DNA from: an uncultured bacterium
GTDB taxonomy: Bacteria; CAYJRR01
Assembly (NCBI GenBank): GCA_964372275.1
Contig: CAYJRR010000012.1
Span: 1-50,893 of the forward strand
DNA length: 50,893 nucleotides
Reading direction: 5' to 3'
The stretch's first letter is position 1, and each line of letters opens with the position of its first letter. Shown here in pieces: positions 9,114-17,454 of this stretch. The notes beneath the pieces are model-generated. The model was not told the origin of the DNA. It worked only from the letters and a program-made list of their open reading frames with translations, and searched no databases. Position numbers and translations under genes: made by a program.

Positions 9114-10295
9114 ATGTTCACCTTCTCCACCGCGGGCGAGTCGCACGGACCGGGGCTGATCGCCGTCGTGGAAGGGGTGCCGGCCGGCCTTGCCCTTTCG
9201 TCCGAGATGTTGGCCGACGACCTGTCGCGGCGGCAGCGCGGCTACGGGCGTGGCGGGCGCATGCGCATCGAGCGGGACCGCGCGCGGATCGTCTCCGGCG
9301 TGCGCGGGGGGCGCACCTTGGGGAGCCCGATCGCGCTCTGGATCGAGAACCGCGACTGGGAGAACTGGCGGGAGGCGATGGACCCGGAACGTCCTCCCAA
9401 AGGCCCGCGGGCGCGCCGGGTCACGCGGCCCCGGCCGGGTCACGCCGACCTCGCCGGCTACCTCAAGTTCGGTCATCGCGATCTGCGCAACGTGCTGGAG
9501 CGGGCCAGTGCCCGCGAGACGGCGGCGCGGGTGGCGGTCGGCGCCGTCGGCCGCGTCTTCCTGCGGGAGCTCGGGGTCGAGATCGCGTCGGAGGTGTTGG
9601 AGATCGGCGGGGCGGGGCTGAAGCCGCAGGCGTGGGCCGCGCGCGATCCGGTCGCGAACCGCGCCGAGATCGAGGCGTCGGACGTGCGCTGCGCCGACCG
9701 GGCCGCCGCCGAGCGGATGCGCGGGGCGATCCGCGCCGCTTTGGCGGCCCGCGATACCGTCGGCGGGATCTTCCTCGCCGTCGCGGTCGGCCTTCCGCCG
9801 GGTCTGGGGAGCTACGCGCGCTGGGATTCGCGGCTCGACGCGCGTCTGGCGGCGGCGTTCATGAGCATCCCGGCGATCAAGGGGGTCGAGATCGGCGAGG
9901 GGTTCCTCGCCGCCGCGCGGCGCGGCAGCCGCGTGCACGATCCGATCCGCGCGCGGCGCGGCGGCGGGTTCGTCCGGCCGTCGAACAACGCCGGCGGGCT
10001 GGAGGGGGGGACGACCAACGGCGAGCCGCTCCGGGTGCGCGCGGCGATGAAGCCGATCTCCACCCTCTCCAAGCCGCTGCCGTCGGTCGACCTGGAGACG
10101 CGCCGGCCGGCGGAGGCGGCGGTGGAACGGTCGGACGCCTGCGCCGTCCCGGCGGCGGCAGTCGTCGGCGAGGCGATGATGGCGATCGAGCTCACCCGCG
10201 CGTTTCGAGAGAAGCTCGGCGGCGATTCGATGGAGGAGGTCTCCGCGGCGGCGAAGGGCTACCGGCGGCTGGTCGCACGCCGTGCGGGACGGTGA
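9114..10295 (+). CDS. aroC: Chorismate synthase
   Basis: MFTFSTAGESHG, RPGHAD, RASARET, SIPAIKGVEIG, SNNAGGLEGG, MKPISTL, RSDAC. Confidence 0.98.
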   Translation: MFTFSTAGESHGPGLIAVVEGVPAGLALSSEMLADDLSRRQRGYGRGGRMRIERDRARIVSGVRGGRTLGSPIALWIENRDWENWREAMDPERPPKGPRARRVTRPRPGHADLAGYLKFGHRDLRNVLERASARETAARVAVGAVGRVFLRELGVEIASEVLEIGGAGLKPQAWAARDPVANRAEIEASDVRCADRAAAERMRGAIRAALAARDTVGGIFLAVAVGLPPGLGSYARWDSRLDARLAAAFMSIPAIKGVEIGEGFLAAARRGSRVHDPIRARRGGGFVRPSNNAGGLEGGTTNGEPLRVRAAMKPISTLSKPLPSVDLETRRPAEAAVERSDACAVPAAAVVGEAMMAIELTRAFREKLGGDSMEEVSAAAKGYRRLVARRAGR

Positions 10296-11985
10296 TCCTT
10301 TGCCGCGCGTGGAACGGATCTGGATGGTGGGGATGATGGGAAGCGGAAAAAGCGCCGTCGGATCGTTGCTGGCCCGCCGGCTCGGAGCCCGCTTCCTCGA
10401 CCTCGACCGTGAGGTCGAGCGGGTCGCCGGCCGGCCGGTCGCGGAGATCTTCGAGCGCGAAGGCGAGCATCGCTTCCGTACGCTGGAGGCGGCGGCGATC
10501 GCGGCCGCCGTCCGGGGCGAAACCCCGGCCGTGATCGCCACCGGCGGCGGCGCCGTGCTCGACGCCTCGAACGTGCGCCGCATGCGTCGGAGCGGGACGG
10601 TGGTGTGGCTGAAGGCATCGCCGGAGGCGCTCGCGCGGCGGACGGCGGGGAGCGCGCGGCCCTTGCTGCGCGGCGCTCGCGATCGTGCCGCGCGCTTGCG
10701 GGAGATCCTCGCCGAGCGCCAATCCCGATACGCGCGCGCGGCGCATGTCTCGATCGAAACGGGATCGGGCTCCGCGCACGCCGCCGTCGGATCCCTTCTC
10801 CGTTCCCTCTCCCGTCGCCTTCCGACTCCGACTCCGGTCACGTTCCGACAAGCGGAAGGGAGCCGGAGCCGGAGCCGTGAACGAGCAGGGAGTCGGAGTC
10901 GTGAACGGAAGGGAAGGCGGACGGGACGGAACGTAGCGATCTCCGTGCGAGTTCCCTTCTCCTCCCCGTCCTCCTACCCCGTCCGCATCGGCCACGGTCT
11001 CCTCTCCGACGTCGGCGCCGTCGTGCGCGGGGTCGCGCCGAAGGCGGACCTTGCGGTCGTCATCACCGACCGCAACGTGGCGCGGCTGCACGGGGCGCGG
11101 CTGGAGCGATCGCTTCGCGGCGCGGAGCTCCGGCCGGTGGTGCTGGCGATCCCCCCGGGGGAGCGGCACAAGACGATTGCGACGGTCGCGCGGCTGTGGC
11201 GTGCCGCCATCGACGCCGGGCTCGACCGGCGGACGCCGATCGTCGCCTTCGGCGGCGGAGTGGTGGGGGACCTGGCCGGATTCGTCGCCGCCACGGCGCT
11301 GCGAGGCGTCCCGCTGGTCCAGGTGCCGACGACGGTGGTGGCACAGGTCGATTCGTCGGTCGGGGGGAAGACCGGCTTCGACCTTCCGTCGGGGAAGAAC
11401 CTCGTCGGCGCGTTCAAGGCGCCCGCCGCCGTCGTGGCCGACCTCGACCTGCTCGAGACGCTTCCCCCCCGCGAGCGCCGCGCCGGGATGGCGGAGGTGG
11501 CGAAGACGGCGGCGATCGCCGACCGCCGGCTGTTCGCGCGCCTCGAATCGGCCGCCGATCCGCTGGCGATCGACGTCATCGCCGCTTGCGTGCGGATCAA
11601 GGCGGCGGTCGTCGCGCGCGATCCGGAGGAACGCGGCCTCCGCGCCGTGCTCAACTTCGGACACACAGTGGGTCACGGGATCGAGGCCTTCCATCGGTAT
11701 TCGCGGTGGCTCCACGGGGAGGCGGTCGCCGCGGGGATGGTGGTCGAGGCGGCGTTCGCCGCCTCGAAGGGCTGTTGTCGCGCCGAGGATGTGGAGCGTC
11801 TGTCGAGCCTGTTGAGGCGCTTCCGACTTCCGGTCGACGGCCCCCGGCGAGGCGCTGCCCGGTTCCTTTCCAAAGACAAGAAGAGGTTCGGAAACGTCCT
11901 TCGCCTGCCGCTCCTGGCGCGCATCGGGCGGGTCCGGCTGGTCGACGTTCCGCAGGTCGAGCTGAAGCGTTTTCTGATGGAATGA
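10282..11985 (+). CDS. aroKB: Bifunctional shikimate kinase / 3-dehydroquinate synthase (AroK-AroB fusion); start may be 10300 or 10309
   Basis: GMMGSGKS P-loop, EGEHRFR, ATGGGAVL, then in the same frame GGGVVGDLAGF, PTTVVAQVDSSVGGKTG, LNFGHTVGHGIE, LHGEAV. Confidence 0.92.
   Translation: MRDGDPLPRVERIWMVGMMGSGKSAVGSLLARRLGARFLDLDREVERVAGRPVAEIFEREGEHRFRTLEAAAIAAAVRGETPAVIATGGGAVLDASNVRRMRRSGTVVWLKASPEALARRTAGSARPLLRGARDRAARLREILAERQSRYARAAHVSIETGSGSAHAAVGSLLRSLSRRLPTPTPVTFRQAEGSRSRSRERAGSRSRERKGRRTGRNVAISVRVPFSSPSSYPVRIGHGLLSDVGAVVRGVAPKADLAVVITDRNVARLHGARLERSLRGAELRPVVLAIPPGERHKTIATVARLWRAAIDAGLDRRTPIVAFGGGVVGDLAGFVAATALRGVPLVQVPTTVVAQVDSSVGGKTGFDLPSGKNLVGAFKAPAAVVADLDLLETLPPRERRAGMAEVAKTAAIADRRLFARLESAADPLAIDVIAACVRIKAAVVARDPEERGLRAVLNFGHTVGHGIEAFHRYSRWLHGEAVAAGMVVEAAFAASKGCCRAEDVERLSSLLRRFRLPVDGPRRGAARFLSKDKKRFGNVLRLPLLARIGRVRLVDVPQVELKRFLME
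10801..10933. repeat. Nested imperfect inverted repeat forming the AroK-AroB linker
   Basis: CGTTCC/GGAACG, TCCCGTCGCCTTCC/GGAAGGCGGACGGGA, CGACTCCGACTCC/GGAGTCGGAGTCG (perfect 13 bp), TTCCG/CGGAA. Confidence 0.7.
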
Positions 11986-12034
11986 GGCATACTTGAAGGA
12001 TGCGGCCGACGGGCGCCGCATCGGGGAGGTTCCC

Positions 12035-12505
12035 ATGGGTCCCTGCAGATTCGGGCGTGCGATACGCCTCCTTTCGACCGCGATGTTGGTGGCCGCCGCG
12101 TCGGCCTGCACCTCCCCCTCCCCGCAGGTCGAGGTGGAGTGCGGCGCGGCCCCCACGCTCGCCTTGTCGGGCGATCTGGGGGTCACCAACTTTTTCCGCA
12201 TTGCGCAGACGGTGACGGTGAACGATCCCGGCCTCGCCACCACCGTCCCGCTCAACGATGTCGAGGTCACGGTGTACAGCGACAGCACCGCGGCTCAGGT
12301 CTGCAACGGGGTGTGTGGAACCGGCGACGACTTCGACACCGACTCCACGCTGACCACCGACGAGAACGGGATCCTCGACTTCACCGTCCAGCTGACGGTG
12401 CAGGGCCTGGAAGAGGGCGGATCGCAGACCGGCCAGATTCTCGAGGTGTTCGGGAGCGGCACCAGCACCTGCACCCTGTCCTACACGATCGAGAACCCGG
12501 AGTGA
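12035..12505 (+). CDS. Putative lipoprotein with Ig-like (Big-1-like) beta domain
   Basis: GGAGG RBS, lipobox ASAC, beta-rich Thr/Val/Asp sequence with LTTDENG motif, several Cys. Confidence 0.65.
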   Translation: MGPCRFGRAIRLLSTAMLVAAASACTSPSPQVEVECGAAPTLALSGDLGVTNFFRIAQTVTVNDPGLATTVPLNDVEVTVYSDSTAAQVCNGVCGTGDDFDTDSTLTTDENGILDFTVQLTVQGLEEGGSQTGQILEVFGSGTSTCTLSYTIENPE

Positions 12506-13455
12506 CGTTCGACCGGTCGCAGCGGGCCGAGATCGAGCGGGCCCAGGCGGCGTTCGAGGCCGACCCTTCGTCGAAGGCGTTCGCACCGCTGGCCGAGGCC
12601 TACCGCGTCGCCGGACGGATCGACGAGGCGCTCGACGTGCTGCAGAAGGGGATCCCGCTCCATCCGGGGATCCCGGCGGCGCTGACGACGCTGGGGCGAT
12701 GCTTCCTCGCGCGCGGCCGCGCGGCCGACGCAAAGGGACCGCTGGAACGGGCGGTGAGCCTCTCCCCCGGTAGCCTCGCCGCTCTCTCCGCGCTGGCCGA
12801 GGCCTACGAGCGATCGGGGGAGGCCGACGCGGCGGCCAAGACCTACCGCACACTCTTGCTCCTCGATCCGGGCGATGCGCATTCGCAGGGCCGGCTCGCC
12901 GCTCTCCAGGCCCTGGGGCTCGCGCCGCAACAGGTGGAACGCGGACGGGCCGACTCCTTCGAGGTCCGCACCGCGGGCGATGCGCTGGGCGGTACGTTGC
13001 GTCCCGCCGCGATTCCGCCCCGTGCCGTTCCGCGCCCGCTCGATCCGCCGTCGGCCGGGCCGCGCGTCGTGCCGGCGATCGCCGTCGATCCGTCGCGCTG
13101 GACGCCGACGGCCCGGCCCGCCCCGCCGCCGGCGCGCGTCACATCGCCGGCGGTCCCGATCCAGACCGCGACCGTCGGCGATCTGTTCGTGCAGCAGGGG
13201 CACCCCGAAAAGGCGATCCCGATCTACGAGAACCTGCTGCGCCTCGACCCGTCGAACGCCGATCTCGCCCGCAAGCTCGCCGCCGCGCAGTCCGCCACCG
13301 CCGCGCCGGCGCCGGATCCGCCGCCGTCTCCCGCGCCGAATCCCGCCCGTGGAGCCGACGCGGAGCTCCGGACGCTCCTGTCGCGGGTGCGGGGACGGCG
13401 GCGCGGTCCGACTCCGGCGCCGGCGCTCGCACGTCGACGGAGCGAGCCGACGTGA
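12502..13455 (+). CDS. TPR-repeat protein with Pro-rich linker
   Basis: GTG overlaps upstream stop; DPSSKAFAPLAEAYR..A...L..G TPRs; C-terminal TATVGDLFVQQGHPEKAIPIYENLLRLDP TPR. Confidence 0.85.
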   Translation: MTFDRSQRAEIERAQAAFEADPSSKAFAPLAEAYRVAGRIDEALDVLQKGIPLHPGIPAALTTLGRCFLARGRAADAKGPLERAVSLSPGSLAALSALAEAYERSGEADAAAKTYRTLLLLDPGDAHSQGRLAALQALGLAPQQVERGRADSFEVRTAGDALGGTLRPAAIPPRAVPRPLDPPSAGPRVVPAIAVDPSRWTPTARPAPPPARVTSPAVPIQTATVGDLFVQQGHPEKAIPIYENLLRLDPSNADLARKLAAAQSATAAPAPDPPPSPAPNPARGADAELRTLLSRVRGRRRGPTPAPALARRRSEPT

Positions 13456-13856
13456 GCGATTCGAATGCTCGAGATCCGGGGGGACCGTCGCCCGGCGACC
13501 CCCTGCGCGAGATCCTCCGGGCTTCGGTCGAGCAAGTCGACGGCGCGTTGGCCTCGGTGGTGATGGGGGTCGACGGGATCGCGGTGGAGGAGTTCTCGCG
13601 CCAAGGGGCCGGCCTCGACGTGCAGACGTTGGGGACCGAGTACTCGAGCGCGCTCGCCGAGGTGCAGCGCACCAGTGACTCCCTCCAACGCGGAAAAGTG
13701 GAAGAGGTTTCGATCACCACCGACGGCGGGGTGGTGCTGATGCGGCCCGTCTCGGCCGAGTACTTCGTGGTGCTGGTGATCTCCGCCGGCGGAAATCTCG
13801 GGAAGGGTCGCTACGTCCTGAAGCGCGCCGCCCGCGCGCTGGCGGAGGAGATGTGA
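13452..13856 (+). CDS. mglC: Roadblock/LC7 protein, MglC-like
   Basis: [17 protein letters not shown]...[17 protein letters not shown] resembles Myxococcus MglC as I recall it; position between pilQ and efp also matches. Confidence 0.75.
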   Translation: MSDSNARDPGGPSPGDPLREILRASVEQVDGALASVVMGVDGIAVEEFSRQGAGLDVQTLGTEYSSALAEVQRTSDSLQRGKVEEVSITTDGGVVLMRPVSAEYFVVLVISAGGNLGKGRYVLKRAARALAEEM

Positions 13857-13857
13857 C

Positions 13858-14796
13858 GTGAAGGCGAAGGCCGGCGATCGGGCCGAACGGGTCCTGACGC
13901 GCGAGCTGGCGTCGCGTCCCGACGACGACCGGCTGCGGCTGAAGCTCGCCGAACTCTACGTCCAACGGGGGAGGATCGCCGACGCCGTCCGCGAGTACCG
14001 GCTCGCCGCCGACGGCTACGCCAAGAACGGGTCCTACCTGAAGGCGGTCGCCGTCTACAACCGGATCCTCAATCTCGACGGGTCGCAGGTCGACGTGCGC
14101 GTCCGGCTCGGCGACTACTACCGGCACCTCGGAATCCTCGACGACGCCTTGATCCAGTACCAGACGGCGGCCAAGCACTTCCGCCGCCAGCGATCCAAGC
14201 GCCGTGAGCTCGACGGGGTCCAGCGCAAGATCTTCGAGACGGCGAGCCAGGCGCTGGCCGCCTCGGGTGGAGGGGAACCGCACGGAACCGTGCCGGTGGC
14301 GGTCGAGCGGGAGCGGGGACGCGGGTCGCGCGGCGCGGCGTCGCGAGCGGTCGGGCCGTCGATCCTCGTCCTCCACGGGCCGAATCTGAACCTCCTCGGC
14401 ATCCGCGAGCCGGACGTCTACGGCACCACCACCCTGGAGGAGATCGACGCCGCGCTCAAGGAGCGCGCCCAATCGCTCGGGGCCGCGGTCGTCACCTTCC
14501 AATCGAACCACGAGGGGACGTTGATCGACCGAATTCACGCCGCGCGCGAGAAGCACCACGGGATCGTCGTCAACGCGGGGGCCCTCACGCACACCAGCGT
14601 GGCGCTTCGCGACGCCGTCGCCGCGGCCGGGCTCCCCGCGATCGAGGTTCACCTGACCAACCCGTTCCGCCGGGAGCCGTTCCGTCGAAGAAGCCATCTT
14701 GCCGGGGTGGTGGTCGGACGTGTAGAAGGGTTCGGTCCGGAGGGCTATCTGCTCGGATTCGAGGGGCTGGTCGCGCATCTCCGGAAGCGGCCGTGA
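13858..14796 (+). CDS. aroQ: TPR domain fused to type II 3-dehydroquinate dehydratase
   Basis: C-terminal [51 protein letters not shown]-terminal ~110 aa of TPRs in the same frame with no stop. Confidence 0.9.
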   Translation: MKAKAGDRAERVLTRELASRPDDDRLRLKLAELYVQRGRIADAVREYRLAADGYAKNGSYLKAVAVYNRILNLDGSQVDVRVRLGDYYRHLGILDDALIQYQTAAKHFRRQRSKRRELDGVQRKIFETASQALAASGGGEPHGTVPVAVERERGRGSRGAASRAVGPSILVLHGPNLNLLGIREPDVYGTTTLEEIDAALKERAQSLGAAVVTFQSNHEGTLIDRIHAAREKHHGIVVNAGALTHTSVALRDAVAAAGLPAIEVHLTNPFRREPFRRRSHLAGVVVGRVEGFGPEGYLLGFEGLVAHLRKRP

Positions 14797-14821
14797 CACG
14801 TTCGATGCAGGAGAAGCCCCG

Positions 14822-15397
14822 ATGGCAGGCGTCTACGAAGTCAGCGATTTCCGGAATGGCCTCAAGATCGAGATGGACGGGTATCCCTGGTCGATCGTCT
14901 CGTTCCAGCACGTGAAGCCCGGCAAGGGGAACGCCTTCACCCGGACCAAGCTCCGCAATCTGGTGTTGGGCACCGTGATCGAGCGGACGTTCAAGTCGGG
15001 CGAGAAGTTCCAGGCCGCCGACCTCGAACAGAAGGAGATGCAGTTCCTCTACAAGGAAGGCACCCACTACAACTTCATGGACACCTCGTCCTACGAGCAG
15101 ACCTATCTCGACGCCGATCACATGGGCGACGAGAAGAACTGGCTCAAGGACAACACGGTGGTGAACATCCTGTTCTACAAGGGGCGCGCAATCTCGGTGG
15201 AGCCGCCGGTGTTCGTTTCCCTGACCGTTGCCAACACCGAGCCCGGCTTCAAGGGGGACACCGCGACCGGAACGCTGAAGCCGGCGACGCTCGAGACCGG
15301 CGCGGTGGTTCAGGTGCCTCTTTTCATCAACATCGGCGATCAACTGAAGATCGACACACGGACGGGCGAGTACGTTGAGCGCGTTTCGGGACGGTGA
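14822..15397 (+). CDS. efp: Elongation factor P
   Basis: [63 protein letters not shown]. Confidence 0.99.
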   Translation: MAGVYEVSDFRNGLKIEMDGYPWSIVSFQHVKPGKGNAFTRTKLRNLVLGTVIERTFKSGEKFQAADLEQKEMQFLYKEGTHYNFMDTSSYEQTYLDADHMGDEKNWLKDNTVVNILFYKGRAISVEPPVFVSLTVANTEPGFKGDTATGTLKPATLETGAVVQVPLFINIGDQLKIDTRTGEYVERVSGR

Positions 15398-15437
15398 GCC
15401 GCGCGGAGCACGCGCCCGAGCGGCGGACGAGGCCACG

Positions 15438-15902
15438 TTGAACACGAAAGAGATCAAGGAGATCCTGGCCGTCCTCAAGGGGACGGACGTCTCCGAGCTG
15501 GAGATCGAACGAGGGAACGGCGTACGGCTTCGCATCCGTCGCGGGCCGCAAGGCGAAACGTCGGTCGCCGCGCCGCCGGTCGTCATGCAGATGCCGGCGC
15601 CGCGGACGGAGCTGCCGACCGGTCCGGCCCCCACCGCCCCTGCCGCCGCCGCCGAGAAACCGGGGAAGGCGATCACCTCGCCGTTCGTCGGCACCTTCTA
15701 CCGCGCGCCGTCCCCCGACAGCCCCAACTACGTCGAGGTGGGAACGGCCGTGAAGAAGGGCCAGGTCCTCTGCATCATCGAAGCAATGAAGCTGATGAAC
15801 GAGATCGAGGCGGAGTCCGACGGGCGGGTCGCCGAGATCCTGGCCGAGAACGGACAACCCGTGGAGTACGGTCAACCCCTTTTCCGGATCGAGTCCGCCT
15901 AG
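15438..15902 (+). CDS. accB: Acetyl-CoA carboxylase biotin carboxyl carrier protein
   Basis: [24 protein letters not shown] biotinylation motif; TTG start after GAGG. Confidence 0.97.
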   Translation: MNTKEIKEILAVLKGTDVSELEIERGNGVRLRIRRGPQGETSVAAPPVVMQMPAPRTELPTGPAPTAPAAAAEKPGKAITSPFVGTFYRAPSPDSPNYVEVGTAVKKGQVLCIIEAMKLMNEIEAESDGRVAEILAENGQPVEYGQPLFRIESA

Positions 15903-15924
15903 AACCGGGCGCCTCCAGAAGCGA

Positions 15925-17256
15925 ATGTTCAAGAAGATCCTGATCGCCAACCGTGGCGAGATCGCGCTGCGGATCATCCGCACCGCCAAGGACATGGGGA
16001 TCCGCACCGTGGCGGTCCACTCCACCGCCGACGCCGACTCGCTTCACGTCCGATTCGCCGACCAGTCGATCTGCATTGGACCGCCGCCGGCCAAGGAGAG
16101 CTACCTCAACATCCCCCGCATCATGAGCGCGGCCGACGTGACCCAGGCCGACGCGATCCATCCCGGTTACGGCTTCCTGGCCGAGAACATGGAGTTCGCC
16201 GACGTCTGCAACCGGAGCGGGATCGTCTTCATCGGCCCGACCCCCGAGAACATGCAGACGATGGGGAACAAGATCGCGGCGCGCGAGGCGGCGCGGCGGG
16301 CGGGTCTGCCGCTCGTCCCCGGAACGCCGCTCCTGCAGGACGAGAAGGACGGCCGCGCCTTCGCCAAGGAGGTCGGCTACCCGGTGATCATCAAGGCGGC
16401 GGCGGGGGGCGGCGGGAAGGGGATGAAGATCGTCCGCGCCGACGCCGGCTTCGCCAACGCCTTCCAGACGGCGAAGGCCGAGTCGGCCGCGGCCTTCGGG
16501 AACGGCGATCTCTACGTCGAGAAGTTCATCGAGAACCCGCGCCACGTCGAGTTCCAGGTCGTCGCCGACAACTTCGGAGCCGTGGTGGTGCTGGGCGAAC
16601 GCGACTGCTCGATCCAGCGCCGCCACCAGAAGCTGGTGGAGGAAAGTCCCTGCCCGGTGATGACCGAGAAGAACCGGGCGCGGATGAGCGGGATCATCGT
16701 CAACGCGCTCAAGAAGCTGCGCTACCGAAACGTCGGGACGATCGAGTTCCTGATGGACCCGAAGGGGAACCTCTACTTCATCGAGATGAACACCCGCATC
16801 CAGGTGGAGCACCCCGTGACCGAGTGCGTGACCGGACTCGACCTGATCCGCACCCAGATCGAGATCGCGGCGGGGTTGAAGCTCCCTCCCGAGGTGAAGG
16901 CGGCAAAGCTCACCGGTCACGCGATCGAGTGCCGCATCAACGCCGAAGACCCGGTCACCTTCCGCCCCTCGCCGGGCCGCATCGGCGGCTACCACGCGCC
17001 GGGCGGCATCGGCGTGCGCGTCGACAGCGCCGTCTGCGATGGGTACTTCGTCACCCCCAACTACGATTCGATGCTCGCCAAGCTGATCGTGTACGGGCGC
17101 GATCGGATGGAGGCGATCCATCGCCTGCAGCGCGCCCTCGACGAGTTCGTGGTCGAAGGGATCGCCACCAACATCCCCCTCCAGAAACGGATCGTCGCCC
17201 ACAACAAGTTCATCAAGGGCGAAGTCGACACCGGATTCCTCGAGAAGAACCTGTAG
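15925..17256 (+). CDS. accC: Acetyl-CoA carboxylase biotin carboxylase
   Basis: KILIANRGEIA, HPGYGFLAEN, GGGGKGM, ERDCSIQRRHQK, EMNTRIQVEHPVTE, ECRINAED. Confidence 0.99.
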   Translation: MFKKILIANRGEIALRIIRTAKDMGIRTVAVHSTADADSLHVRFADQSICIGPPPAKESYLNIPRIMSAADVTQADAIHPGYGFLAENMEFADVCNRSGIVFIGPTPENMQTMGNKIAAREAARRAGLPLVPGTPLLQDEKDGRAFAKEVGYPVIIKAAAGGGGKGMKIVRADAGFANAFQTAKAESAAAFGNGDLYVEKFIENPRHVEFQVVADNFGAVVVLGERDCSIQRRHQKLVEESPCPVMTEKNRARMSGIIVNALKKLRYRNVGTIEFLMDPKGNLYFIEMNTRIQVEHPVTECVTGLDLIRTQIEIAAGLKLPPEVKAAKLTGHAIECRINAEDPVTFRPSPGRIGGYHAPGGIGVRVDSAVCDGYFVTPNYDSMLAKLIVYGRDRMEAIHRLQRALDEFVVEGIATNIPLQKRIVAHNKFIKGEVDTGFLEKNL

Positions 17257-17358
17257 CGCCGGCGCGTTGCGCGCTTTCCGTGACCGCCATCACGGTGCGG
17301 CACGATTCTTTCGGGCCATGGACGCGAGATGAGCGGAATCACGTAGAAAATCGCTTCG

Positions 17359-17387
17359 TTCCAGGCTTTCTCCCGTTCTGGTAAGCT
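17359..17387 (+). promoter_or_regulatory. Possible extended -10 promoter before the SgmX-like gene
   Basis: TG-G-TAAGCT at 17379-17387 in a ~200-bp intergenic gap; -35 (TTCCAG) is weak. Confidence 0.3.
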
Positions 17388-17454
17388 CGTGGGCAGACGG
17401 TCGCACCTCCTCGCCCACGGGGGAGGCGTCGGTACGTACGCCCGCGGAGCGAGA

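Noticed and set aside
5731-10295. Apparent long N-terminal extensions or fusions in the ORF track (PilQ from 5731, AroC from 6267; likewise Omp85 from 24108, BY-kinase from 35481, ActD from 41165)
   Set aside because: The extensions overlap other real genes in a different frame; the true starts sit at stop/start overlaps.
3084-11815. Very long antisense and alternate-frame ORFs (e.g. 3084-5492, 5617-8841, 9087-10841, and similar throughout)
   Set aside because: Shadow ORFs expected in high-GC DNA, opposite or overlapping genes with clear motifs; Arg/Gly/Pro-rich with no recognisable domains.
14822-15397. efp placed here to serve the polyproline-rich neighbours (PilQ, TPR, ATPase, AccC)
   Set aside because: aroQ-efp-accB-accC linkage is widespread, and PPP motifs also occur in unrelated genes in this GC-rich window.
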